From a virus, in IMG/VR virus record IMGVR_UViG_3300009164_000039: 64,000 nt of DNA. The stretch is one strand, 5' to 3'. The notes under the pieces are model-generated. The model saw nothing but the letters and a program-made list of their open reading frames with translations. It ran no database searches and was not told the origin of the DNA. The translations under genes and the position numbers were made by a program. Positions 7,144 through 16,194 of the stretch are shown one piece after another (the stretch's first letter is position 1; each line of letters starts with the position of its first letter).

Positions 7144-8673
7144 TCAGTGTTCTGTGTCAATTTGTGCCAGTTTTACTAGAGGTTTAGTGCGGTCTTGGCC
7201 TATAATCTGCTCCGCAATGATCTTCAATATCTTGAGTTCTTCTGTGCCTTTGGTGATGGGATAGTTTAGTCTAGCACTAAGCTCATGCACCTCTAAACGG
7301 CGCCGCAAGCGTTCTTTTAGTGTTAATGTTGGGTTATTTAGGTTGATCCAGTTGCGTCCATACACCCAGTCTTGATCTTGGTCTTCCAAATGGCTCAAGT
7401 TCAAATCAGGCCATTCAGGCACCAGCTCAAGTCCTAGATTGCTGAGTTCCAGTCTACTGCCGCGATCTATACTGCCTGTGTATCCCCAGCGTATGAGTGC
7501 TATGGTACCTGCTTGCATGTACTTTTGATAGCGTTTCAAGAATTGTAGCTGTTCTTTATGATCAGACATTGTTTCTGTTGGGTAGCCTATGAACATTAAA
7601 AATACGTTTTGTATGCCGTAGCGAGCACACATGCGAATGTGATGATCTAAATCATCGTTGTCAAACTCTTTGCCCATGTGCTGTCTTACAGCCCAGCTGG
7701 CATGTTCAACTCCAGTGATCAACATACGACTGCCACCTGCTGCCATGGCAGCGTACATTGTTTCTGGCATGTCTTTGGCCTTGCGTATGTTAAATTGGCT
7801 CAGCCATGTGGGCTTGAACTCTGGATTTTCTTGTGACAGTCTAGCAATGTTTATATTAAGAGAATAAAACTCTTTGAGGTTACCGTTGATAACGCTGTCG
7901 GTAAACTGAAACAGTTGTACTTTTGTTTCTTTCCAGTGCTGTAACATTTCATTGGCCATGCTCTCACCTGTACGATATTTGTACTTGGGCCAGCGATGTG
8001 GCACATCACAAAATGTACAACGGCGCACACAGCCTCGAGAAGCAGTCAAGTAAATGCCTGCTGTTTGATTGTAAAAGTATTTCCACGGATCTAGCTTGCT
8101 GAAGTCTGCAGGAGGCAAAGATTCAATGTCATCAATTTGCACAGTAGGCCGATCATCTGTTCCGTCTACATCAAAGTTGCCTTGCATCCATTGCTGCCAC
8201 ATGATCTCGCCATCACCCCAGCCCACATGATCCACTAGACTCTGTTCACGCAACCAGTCGCCAAAGCGTTTGGTGCCGTACGGAGTAGTGAGTCCTTGCC
8301 CACCCGCTACCAACATCACTTGACTCATTGGTCGGAAACGTTCACAGAACAATCTAGCCGCACGAGTACTAAACTTTGAAAACACACTCACTGCCACACA
8401 GTCATAGCCGCTGGCAATGATGTTGTCTATAGTGATGTCAAACTCTTCAAACACTCGCTGTGGCAACAGCCTGTCATGTGCTGTGCGCCAGTAGTCACTG
8501 GCTTCTGCAAATTCTTCTGCTGTCAGCTTCTTTGCCAGTTGTAGATTGATATCAAACACCGTGTAATCAATACCCATGTGACGACATAGTCCGCCTAGCA
8601 CAGCAGGTGCGGCAGGTGGTCGTTCAAGCTCTTGGCTTGGGAAAGTTACAATGGCCACACGTTTATACATCAA
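7144..8673 (-). CDS. Cobalamin-binding-domain radical SAM enzyme (class B methyltransferase-like, 509 aa)
   Basis: CxxxCxxC in ASRGCVRRCTFC. The N-terminal region fits a B12-binding fold (PPAAPAVLGG, VAVSVF, LVAGG, VGWGDGE), followed by FTDSVING, GVEHAS and FIGYPTET. Confidence 0.85.
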   Translation of the reverse strand: MMYKRVAIVTFPSQELERPPAAPAVLGGLCRHMGIDYTVFDINLQLAKKLTAEEFAEASDYWRTAHDRLLPQRVFEEFDITIDNIIASGYDCVAVSVFSKFSTRAARLFCERFRPMSQVMLVAGGQGLTTPYGTKRFGDWLREQSLVDHVGWGDGEIMWQQWMQGNFDVDGTDDRPTVQIDDIESLPPADFSKLDPWKYFYNQTAGIYLTASRGCVRRCTFCDVPHRWPKYKYRTGESMANEMLQHWKETKVQLFQFTDSVINGNLKEFYSLNINIARLSQENPEFKPTWLSQFNIRKAKDMPETMYAAMAAGGSRMLITGVEHASWAVRQHMGKEFDNDDLDHHIRMCARYGIQNVFLMFIGYPTETMSDHKEQLQFLKRYQKYMQAGTIALIRWGYTGSIDRGSRLELSNLGLELVPEWPDLNLSHLEDQDQDWVYGRNWINLNNPTLTLKERLRRRLEVHELSARLNYPITKGTEELKILKIIAEQIIGQDRTKPLVKLAQIDTEH

Positions 8674-9265
8674 GAGTTTGTTTTATTTCTTTAATTAATT
8701 GTAAATCTTCGTCGCTGATACTGCGATGGTTATCTCGTATCTGTCCTGTGGGGTCAACCAAGGTACTGAGCACACGCTGAGTGCGTTGTTCTTGATACCA
8801 CGACCAAAAGTCTTGACTGTTGGGCAAGTTCATGATCATGTACCTGCCAGGAAAGTGCCATACCAGCTGACTACGTTGTTCTTTAGGCGCATCAGGATTG
8901 CTCCTAAGGTATCCTTGAAAGTAACTGGGATAGTAGTAGTGATCAGTCCAGAACCAAGACTCCAGTAGAATATCATCAGCGTGTACGCTGAGTAATTCCA
9001 AACTTTGATCACGCACAATCTTTCCGTCTTCTAGCACAGTTTCTGATTCGTATTTGTTAAAGTAACCAATACTGATGTTGTTGGGGACTTGGGCAAAGTC
9101 CACAGTAACACTAGCACTGGTGTCTTTGCTATTAATTTCAAATGTATTAATTTGATAGTTGTTCACGAGAATAAAAATCCTGGGCCATGTTACTCCTGGC
9201 TGTGGATTAAACTTGAATTCAAAAGTTATTTTGTCACCACGAGGTCGCATAGTTTTCATCCACAA
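8663..9265 (-). CDS. Hypothetical protein (200 aa), overlaps both flanking radical SAM genes
   Basis: Long ORF co-oriented with and overlapping its neighbours; no recognised motif. Confidence 0.75.
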   Translation of the reverse strand: MWMKTMRPRGDKITFEFKFNPQPGVTWPRIFILVNNYQINTFEINSKDTSASVTVDFAQVPNNISIGYFNKYESETVLEDGKIVRDQSLELLSVHADDILLESWFWTDHYYYPSYFQGYLRSNPDAPKEQRSQLVWHFPGRYMIMNLPNSQDFWSWYQEQRTQRVLSTLVDPTGQIRDNHRSISDEDLQLIKEIKQTLDV

Positions 9266-10244
9266 ATTTTTGATTGCATTTGGTTGTACACTCCAGCCAC
9301 TTGAACTGTTGGAATTCGTTTTTCCAAAAGTTATCAGCTAGCACACTCTCTAGTGTACTATGTTTAAGGTTGTATGCACGACCTCTATCTAGCCACTCTG
9401 TGTTGTGTCCATAGCGGTTGGCTACCCAACAACACGGAAAGAAGTCGCCTTGACTGTTGATAAACAATCCTTTGTTGCCCACTGCACACAGTGGTAGGAT
9501 GTCTCCGGTGTAGTTTTGTTGCGCTTGTGCATAGTGCTGTTTTGCAAATGGGGTGTCTCTAAGCACTCGTCCGCTTAGATTATCTATATCTCTTTCAAAT
9601 CGCATGCTAGAGCTGATGAGTTGATCTCTAGGCTGTAGCGCATCGCTAGGACCGTATATTGGATATACTTTGGCAAATTTGGTACTGCGAGTAAGCTGGA
9701 ATTGATCCATTTCTAATTCACGTGCTTGCTCACGCATGACATCAACATGATCTTGATTGAATTCAAATGCAATAGCGGCCCAGGTAATGTTTACGGGACT
9801 TGTGCTTCTCAATGCACGTATACCGCGCATGATGCTCTCCCAATCACTATTGACCCTGTAGATGTTATTACTGGCATTATCATAGCCGTCAATGCTGAAA
9901 TGCACTTGATCTTGTGCCCCTAGGAACCGTCCTAGACCCTGCCACCACAGTGCATTGCGATAGCTGCCGTTGGTCACAATAACAATTTGCACAGGGTAAA
10001 TACTCTTGACGTATTCAATTACTGACACCAGCTCATGTGCATATATTGGATCACCATCGTCTCCGCAAAATGTAATCTTACGCACGTTTTCTCTTATAAA
10101 ATCAGGAGTAAAGTTTCGTTGAAAGAATGCCAGGTCCAGTTCTGTGTTGACCAGCCCATCTGGTACTTCTTGTCTACTGCATCTAGGACAGCGTAGAGTA
10201 CACTTGCTTGATATCTCAATGTGCCAGTGCCATGTTGCTAACAC
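9234..10244 (-). CDS. Radical SAM enzyme with C-terminal SPASM/twitch-like Cys cluster (336 aa)
   Basis: HIEISSKCTLRCPRC, FCGDDGDP and FSIDG, with C-terminal LPLC...FFPCCW...CTTKC. Confidence 0.88.
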   Translation of the reverse strand: MLATWHWHIEISSKCTLRCPRCSRQEVPDGLVNTELDLAFFQRNFTPDFIRENVRKITFCGDDGDPIYAHELVSVIEYVKSIYPVQIVIVTNGSYRNALWWQGLGRFLGAQDQVHFSIDGYDNASNNIYRVNSDWESIMRGIRALRSTSPVNITWAAIAFEFNQDHVDVMREQARELEMDQFQLTRSTKFAKVYPIYGPSDALQPRDQLISSSMRFERDIDNLSGRVLRDTPFAKQHYAQAQQNYTGDILPLCAVGNKGLFINSQGDFFPCCWVANRYGHNTEWLDRGRAYNLKHSTLESVLADNFWKNEFQQFKWLECTTKCNQKFVDENYATSW

Positions 10245-11149
10245 AAAGCCTCCTCAGACTTCCATTGTTCTTGAAATGCAGTTTTGTCTTGACCAACAGA
10301 GCAGTGTCGTTTACACACAGCATCTGGTTCGGTGATAATACTGTTGAATGATTCCACTTGTTCTCGTAGTACAGGATTGTCCCACGGCAGTTGTTTACTA
10401 AAAATGTCACTGCCAAAAAAGCAACATGGTAGCACTGCTCCTGTTGCTGTGATATAAATGCTTTGTTCTTTTAATGCATGGCAACTGACAGTGGTGCCTG
10501 CGGCCGGTGCAGTATGCCCAGTTGGAGGACGCAACCATTCCACAGGACGTTCCTGGAATCGCGAGCTTACCTTGGTGCGAAAACGTGTGAAGCCCATGTC
10601 ACGTGCCAGTTCACGGCAAGCATCAACTTGATGTTGATTGTGTTCGTACACCAGCATGTCCCAGTGTGCAGTACCACCTGAGGCAATGTATGCTTCTGCA
10701 TTGGCCATCAGTATGTCCCATTGTACGCCAGCACGGTAGATGTGATTGGTGTCTTCTAGTCCGTCAATGCTGAACACCACATAGTCCAGTTCGTTCTTCA
10801 TGTTGTTGGCCAGCTCTTGCCACCAGTACTTGGTACGCAGGCCGCCATTGGTATTCATGCCTAGCACAATCTTGGAGTTGACTGCACGAAAGTATTGATA
10901 TATCTGTAGTGTGTCTTTTGCTGCCGCTGGGTCGCCAAAGTTACCGCACATGAACATCTTGTCCAGCTGACGTATCAGCTGATCTGGCACTAGTTGTTGT
11001 ACTTGATTGAGTCGTAGTTCACTAGCATGCTGTTCATGAACATACTGCTCAGGATTCATTCGGGCACACTGAGGGCAAGCCGCATTGCAAGTGGTAGTGG
11101 GCTCGATGTGTAGTACTCGGATGTTGTCATAGTTAAACTGCGTCAACAT
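10238..11149 (-). CDS. Radical SAM enzyme, paralog of 9234..10244 (likely start ATG 11149; ORF track gives 11173)
   Basis: HIEPTTTCNAACPQC, MCGNFGDP and FSIDG, with C-terminal VSC...VLPCCF...VCKRHC. Start region overlaps the gp46 stop. Confidence 0.88.
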   Translation of the reverse strand: MLTQFNYDNIRVLHIEPTTTCNAACPQCARMNPEQYVHEQHASELRLNQVQQLVPDQLIRQLDKMFMCGNFGDPAAAKDTLQIYQYFRAVNSKIVLGMNTNGGLRTKYWWQELANNMKNELDYVVFSIDGLEDTNHIYRAGVQWDILMANAEAYIASGGTAHWDMLVYEHNQHQVDACRELARDMGFTRFRTKVSSRFQERPVEWLRPPTGHTAPAAGTTVSCHALKEQSIYITATGAVLPCCFFGSDIFSKQLPWDNPVLREQVESFNSIITEPDAVCKRHCSVGQDKTAFQEQWKSEEALC

Positions 11150-12905
11150 CGGTGTTGTAGGAAGTGAATCCATTTTCTTTTACCACGGTCAGTATGTTGT
11201 TTACACGACTGCTCAGTTCGTCCTTGTGACTCACAAGCCAAATACTCTTGTTACGTTCTCGACTCATCTTTTTAAGAATACCCAGTGCTGATTCAACACC
11301 ACTGGAGTCCATACCCGAATCAATCACTTCGTCAATAAACAACAGGTTGATGGGCTGGTATAAACTTTCCCACACATCGCGGAATGACCAACTTAGACTT
11401 AGAATAAGTCTGTTACGTTCGCCACGACTTAGATTGTCAAAATCTAGTTCTCGACCCAGCTCACTGATATTTACCGTAAGATCGTTTTGAAAAATCACAG
11501 TGTGCGGCAGGCCAATCTTGTCAAGATAGTAGCTTAGTCGTTGGTTTAAGTAGGCCAAGTTCTGATCAATGATGCGTTTGCGCACAAACGAATCTTTGGA
11601 TGTCAGCAATTTAAGCAAGAAGTCTTGATGGTCACGCAGACTAACCAGTCTGTTCATTTCATCATAGTCAATATCTTCTTCTGCTTGTGTTTTCATTTCT
11701 GCAATTTGTTCCACATATGGATCAGCTTCTGCATCCTTGGCCACCAACTGACTCAGGATATTGCCCAAACTTGCACGATGCTCAAATGCATCGGACTCTT
11801 TGTCGTAGTAGGTACGTGGTGCAGGGCCAGGCTCGCCTAGTTCTTTTAGTGCGCCTGTGAGCTCAATCCATTGACCGTTTGTTGCCAAGGCTTGCAGTGC
11901 AGCCTCTTGCAGACTCTTGCGTTTGTCTGCCAGCACCTGCTCGTGCTTTTCGTCATGCATTTCTTGTCCACAAGCATAGCACTTGTGATCTTCTAACTGT
12001 GCAATTTCTGCCTTGAGCTTGTCTACTACCTTGGTTTCTTTTGCTTCGTCTAGCTCACAACGAGCAACAAGTTTTTGTATGTCAGCACGATCTTTAAGCA
12101 GTTGTGAATGCCGTGTTAGATCCTGATGCATCAGTAGTTCTGCTTCAATATCAATCTTGGCCAGTTCGTCGTAGGCTGATTGTAGCTTGCCCAGATCTTC
12201 GTCTTTTTTCTTTTGCCACATGCCTTGTCTGCGTATGAGATTAGACACTTGTTCTTTCAGTCGCTCATTGGCATCCTGTACTGCTTTGATACGGAATTCT
12301 TCTTTGACAATTCCGTCCTTGCTGGCTTTGAGCTGTTCTTTGAGATTTTCTGCTTTTTCACTCAGTTGTGTCACACCCAGCAACTGCTCAATCATTGTGC
12401 GTTGTTCTGCGGCTTTCAAACTAAGGAATGGTTCTGTGTAGGTATTGAGGGCAACAATGTTTCGAAACATGTCATGACTCATACCCAGCATGCGTTCAAT
12501 GGCGGCTTGGGTTTCACGACTGTCGCCTTGACTTTCGTCTGTTACTTCTTGTTCTTCTCCGCCAATGTAAAACTTCACAATGTTGGGTTTGCGGCCACGT
12601 TCAATCTTGTAGCTCACACCATTGGTTTCAAACTCAATAGTGACCAACATGGCCTTGCCGTTGGTTTTGTTGATCAAGTTTTCTTTACGGATGTTGGTCA
12701 GTGCTTGCCCGTACAGTGCAAAACTCAGGGCATTGATGATTGTGGTCTTGCCAGTGCCATTACGTGCGCCTGTGTCATCCCCGCCCAAGTCCAAGTTTTG
12801 TCCCAGTACCAGTGTAAGGTCATTGCGATTGAACTTGATTGCCTGCGTGGAATTGCCCACGCTCATGAAGTTTTTGACCGTAAGGTCTTTGATTACAAAA
12901 CTCAT
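11133..12905 (-). CDS. gp46: Recombination ATPase, T4 gp46/SbcC/Rad50-like (590 aa)
   Basis: Walker A GARNGTGKTT, coiled coil with central CYAC zinc-hook, signature LSRGE, Walker B LLFIDE and H-loop VSH. Confidence 0.95.
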   Translation of the reverse strand: MSFVIKDLTVKNFMSVGNSTQAIKFNRNDLTLVLGQNLDLGGDDTGARNGTGKTTIINALSFALYGQALTNIRKENLINKTNGKAMLVTIEFETNGVSYKIERGRKPNIVKFYIGGEEQEVTDESQGDSRETQAAIERMLGMSHDMFRNIVALNTYTEPFLSLKAAEQRTMIEQLLGVTQLSEKAENLKEQLKASKDGIVKEEFRIKAVQDANERLKEQVSNLIRRQGMWQKKKDEDLGKLQSAYDELAKIDIEAELLMHQDLTRHSQLLKDRADIQKLVARCELDEAKETKVVDKLKAEIAQLEDHKCYACGQEMHDEKHEQVLADKRKSLQEAALQALATNGQWIELTGALKELGEPGPAPRTYYDKESDAFEHRASLGNILSQLVAKDAEADPYVEQIAEMKTQAEEDIDYDEMNRLVSLRDHQDFLLKLLTSKDSFVRKRIIDQNLAYLNQRLSYYLDKIGLPHTVIFQNDLTVNISELGRELDFDNLSRGERNRLILSLSWSFRDVWESLYQPINLLFIDEVIDSGMDSSGVESALGILKKMSRERNKSIWLVSHKDELSSRVNNILTVVKENGFTSYNTDVDAV

Positions 12906-13918
12906 TAACAGTTCCTATAGATGTCTAGCAAGAGATTACGGTCGTAGTGTTCGCTAGATATTGCATTGATTTGATTTTGCACAATAGTGTCAATGCTTTC
13001 AAATTTGATTTCGCCAGTTTGCACATCACCCACAATAACTTCTTTCTTGGGCAACAGGCTCAGTTCACGCAGTTTGTAGGTGTCCAGGAATGTTTCACGA
13101 ATAAAGTTGGCTTCTTCATAGCTGAGATCAATGTCAATGTTGATGCGAGCATGCATTTTGGGTTTGAGTATCTTGTCTGCATGATCCACAATGCTTGATA
13201 AACTCAGCACACGATATGTGGGTTGATCTGGCCAAGCATGATATTCGGGCTCTTTGCCCCATTCCAAGATCATCATGCCACGCTCTTCATCTCCGTCATC
13301 TGCGTAGTTGTGCGGAAATGCATTGCCAATATAGGTAATGTTGTTGGCTGATTGGCGCTTGTGGAAATGCCCAGAAAACACATGCTCAAAGCCCACAAAG
13401 TCTTCACGTCTAGCTTCGCCTGTGTCCGGCATCTGCACCATGGCATTCATGTAGTAACCGGGCAATTCAAAATGCCCAAAGCAGTACTTGCCTTTTTTCT
13501 TTAACAGTTTTTTGTGATCATCGCCTACCAGCCAAGGTGCAATAGTTACATCGCCTTGACTGAACCAGTCGTTTACTATCTGTACATTGGGAATATGCTT
13601 TGCCCAAGAAGCGGATTGAATATCACGCTTGTCACGGTAATACAAATCATGATTGCCAGGAATAAAATATACAATATCAAAATTCTCACTCATGTGCTCC
13701 AGTGCTCGAACAGAATAGTTCAAGGTCAAAATATTAATGGCAGCTCGATTGTTGTGCCAGTCGCCCATCATAATACAAGTTTCACAACCGGCTTCTTTGG
13801 CCTTGTCTGTGGCCCACTTTACAAAAGCCAAACAGTCCTCGTTGTGAGTTGTGCTGTTTGACTTCAAGCCAAAATGAATGTCAGTGAAGACCGCAGCCTT
13901 CTTAAAAAGATTTGTCAT
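12905..13918 (-). CDS. gp47: Recombination nuclease, T4 gp47/SbcD/Mre11-like (337 aa)
   Basis: Metallophosphoesterase motifs DIH, GDWHN, GNHD and GHFH; TAATG overlap with the gp46 start. Confidence 0.95.
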   Translation of the reverse strand: MTNLFKKAAVFTDIHFGLKSNSTTHNEDCLAFVKWATDKAKEAGCETCIMMGDWHNNRAAINILTLNYSVRALEHMSENFDIVYFIPGNHDLYYRDKRDIQSASWAKHIPNVQIVNDWFSQGDVTIAPWLVGDDHKKLLKKKGKYCFGHFELPGYYMNAMVQMPDTGEARREDFVGFEHVFSGHFHKRQSANNITYIGNAFPHNYADDGDEERGMMILEWGKEPEYHAWPDQPTYRVLSLSSIVDHADKILKPKMHARINIDIDLSYEEANFIRETFLDTYKLRELSLLPKKEVIVGDVQTGEIKFESIDTIVQNQINAISSEHYDRNLLLDIYRNC

Positions 13919-13968
13919 AGTACTCCATTATAGACGAACAGTCCGGCAAACGCAAGAGTCTTGATAGC

Positions 13969-14847
13969 CTATTCTTCGTAACTGCCACCACCGCCACCAC
14001 TACCTTGTGCCTGGCGTGTGTAACTTGGGTTTAGGTTGTTCATTTGCAAAATGTCATCACGTAAGTTTTGATTGCGCTTTTCGATGTTTAGCACACGAGT
14101 AAAGCTGTTAGTGATAGCGGCAGTATAATACGCAAAAGGATTCTGCGATTTTGACTCGTCAAATTGCAATCCAATTTGGCTGAGTTGTAACAAGGCTTGG
14201 CTTCGCATTTCGTCATTGTAGGTGTATCCTCTCCAGTTTGATCTTGTGGCATAACGTTCACACAGTTTCATAAACATCAGTGCCAACTTTTTGGTCATTG
14301 CACCGTGGTCACGACAATATGCACCTGTGTCTGGATCGCCTTTCCAGTGACTGATGCCTGCACACACAAGTTCGCCTTCTTCGTTTAGCTTGTAGTGCTT
14401 GAATGGAGGAAAGTTTACTTTCACATACTTTGCGGCAAGCGGCACACGTACAACAGGTTCATCGTACTCAGTGTCAGCATCTTCTGCTTCATCTAGCAAG
14501 TCCTGCGCATCCTGCTGTTTTTTAGTTTTAACTTCGTCGATAGGAACATGTTCCCATGTCATCACACGAAACACAACATCTGTATCAGCCACGTCCTTGA
14601 GCTTTACTTCAAATTCGTCCAGCTTGTGTTTGGTACCATCTGCTGTTGCAACATCTAGTGCGGCTTTGGCAAGACGTACTGCACGGTCTTTGCGGGCCTG
14701 TAACGTGTTCTTTTTGTTAATCTGCTTGATGTCAGGCAAGATCATGTCAAAATCTGCATCTGCGGGAGTAGTAAACCAACAGTAGGTTGATTTGCTTTTG
14801 TGTATCTCCTTCAGGATGTCTTTGTTATTAAGGTAGTTGTGTTTCAT
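13969..14847 (-). CDS. gp55: Late-transcription sigma factor, T4 gp55-like (292 aa)
   Basis: HNYLNNKDILKEI N-terminus and RSNWRGYTYNDEM...FDESKSQNPFAYYT...F..V..IEKRNQ. The gp55-gp47-gp46 order is as in T4-like phages. Confidence 0.88.
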   Translation of the reverse strand: MKHNYLNNKDILKEIHKSKSTYCWFTTPADADFDMILPDIKQINKKNTLQARKDRAVRLAKAALDVATADGTKHKLDEFEVKLKDVADTDVVFRVMTWEHVPIDEVKTKKQQDAQDLLDEAEDADTEYDEPVVRVPLAAKYVKVNFPPFKHYKLNEEGELVCAGISHWKGDPDTGAYCRDHGAMTKKLALMFMKLCERYATRSNWRGYTYNDEMRSQALLQLSQIGLQFDESKSQNPFAYYTAAITNSFTRVLNIEKRNQNLRDDILQMNNLNPSYTRQAQGSGGGGGSYEE

Positions 14848-14881
14848 TGGGTATCCTATAAATTACCACTTATTGTAGCGA

Positions 14882-14888
14882 ATAAATA
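14882..14888 (+). promoter_or_regulatory. Putative late promoter ATAAATA at start of baseplate module
   Basis: ataaatac 27 nt upstream of ATG 14915, with a GAGGA SD between them. Confidence 0.6.
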
Positions 14889-14914
14889 CTAAAAGAGCAA
14901 GAGGAATCTTAAAC

Positions 14915-15889
14915 ATGGCGCTATTAGATGGACAGGGTAATCCTGTTCGATCCGGTGATGGATCAATTGTACAAACAGGGTCGGACATACCAAATGACGG
15001 GCCTGCAGGACCACGTCCGCCACCTCCGAGCTGGGCTGACTTCAAAGAAAAAGCAGGTAGTCTACTTAAAAAAGGTGCTGACCTATTAGATCCTAGCAAA
15101 GCGCGAATGGCCATTGCTGGGTTGCTATCTGGTGGAGCAAACAGCGACGCCACCCGAGATCCGGCAGCAACAAAAGCAGGATTTGCGTCAGGTGGCGGCG
15201 GAACAAACCTAGGATTAGGTATATCAAACGGACAAGTTAGCTTGTCTGAAGACTGGAGAGTGGCCATTAGTTTACCTTCTGGTGCAAGAACATTGTTTTG
15301 GCGTAACGGTGAAAACTCAATCATGAGTCCGTTGGTCACAACAGACGGCGTTATATTTCCATACACGCCAAACATCACAGTAACACATAATGCTCGTTAC
15401 GGCGAAACTAAACTCACACATAGTAATTATTCCGCATTCTTCTACGAGGGATCAGAAGTTCAAGCAATTAGTATTTCTGGCGAATTCACTGTGCAAACAG
15501 AGTGGGAAGGACGTTACCTGTTGGCGGCCATTTACTTTTTTAGATCTGCTACAAAAATGTTCTTTGGTCGAGATATGAATCCAGTAGCAGGTACACCTCC
15601 ACCAATGGTCACACTAGACGGGTACGGAGCACACTACTTTCCAGGAGTTAACTGTGTGATCACAAGTTTTGCACACACCATGCCGGCAGACGTAGACTAT
15701 GTGGAAATTCCAACAGGACTAGAAGGACAAGAGCCAGGCAAAGCCAGCTATGTTACCAGCACAAGATTGCCCACAGTGAGTACTATTGCTATTACCCTAC
15801 AGCCAATCTATAGTAGGAATCAAGTTGCTGACTTTAGTCTTAATGATTTTTCTAGTGGTACCATGCTCAAGCGCGGAGGCTTTATCTAA
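14915..15889 (+). CDS. Baseplate/tail-tube initiator protein, gp48/gp54-like (324 aa)
   Basis: GVIFPYTP.I...H.A.Y, ISISGEFTVQ, FFRSATKMFFG, PPP.V.LDGYG and P.VSTIAITLQP are tube-like initiator motifs. First gene of the baseplate cluster. Confidence 0.65.
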   Translation: MALLDGQGNPVRSGDGSIVQTGSDIPNDGPAGPRPPPPSWADFKEKAGSLLKKGADLLDPSKARMAIAGLLSGGANSDATRDPAATKAGFASGGGGTNLGLGISNGQVSLSEDWRVAISLPSGARTLFWRNGENSIMSPLVTTDGVIFPYTPNITVTHNARYGETKLTHSNYSAFFYEGSEVQAISISGEFTVQTEWEGRYLLAAIYFFRSATKMFFGRDMNPVAGTPPPMVTLDGYGAHYFPGVNCVITSFAHTMPADVDYVEIPTGLEGQEPGKASYVTSTRLPTVSTIAITLQPIYSRNQVADFSLNDFSSGTMLKRGGFI

Positions 15890-16191
15890 TGTCAGCAAAC
15901 TATAACAAAACCAGTCCATACTATGGAACAGATAAATTTGGACCTTTCTTGGACATAATGAAATTCCGAGCAATACCAAAACGTCCAGATGATGTGACTT
16001 ACATAATTGACCGGGTGTACAAGTATCGGCCTGATTTATTGGCATATGACTTGTACAACGATACATCACTGTGGTGGGTGTTTGCTGTGCGCAATCCCAA
16101 TGTTCTTAAAGATCCAGTTTTTGATTTTGTGCCAGGCGCAACTATTAGAATTCCTAAAAAAGAAACACTAGCCGAAGCACTGGGGGTCTAA
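15889..16191 (+). CDS. Baseplate wedge protein, gp53/LysM-like (100 aa)
   Basis: YKYRPDLLAYDLYNDTSLWWVFAVRNP and FVPGATIRIP. Confidence 0.78.
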   Translation: MSANYNKTSPYYGTDKFGPFLDIMKFRAIPKRPDDVTYIIDRVYKYRPDLLAYDLYNDTSLWWVFAVRNPNVLKDPVFDFVPGATIRIPKKETLAEALGV

Positions 16192-16194
16192 CAC

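Noticed and set aside
12213-12908. 231-aa plus-strand ORF inside gp46
   Set aside because: Fully antisense to a conserved ATPase, with Phe/Cys/His-rich composition typical of shadow frames.
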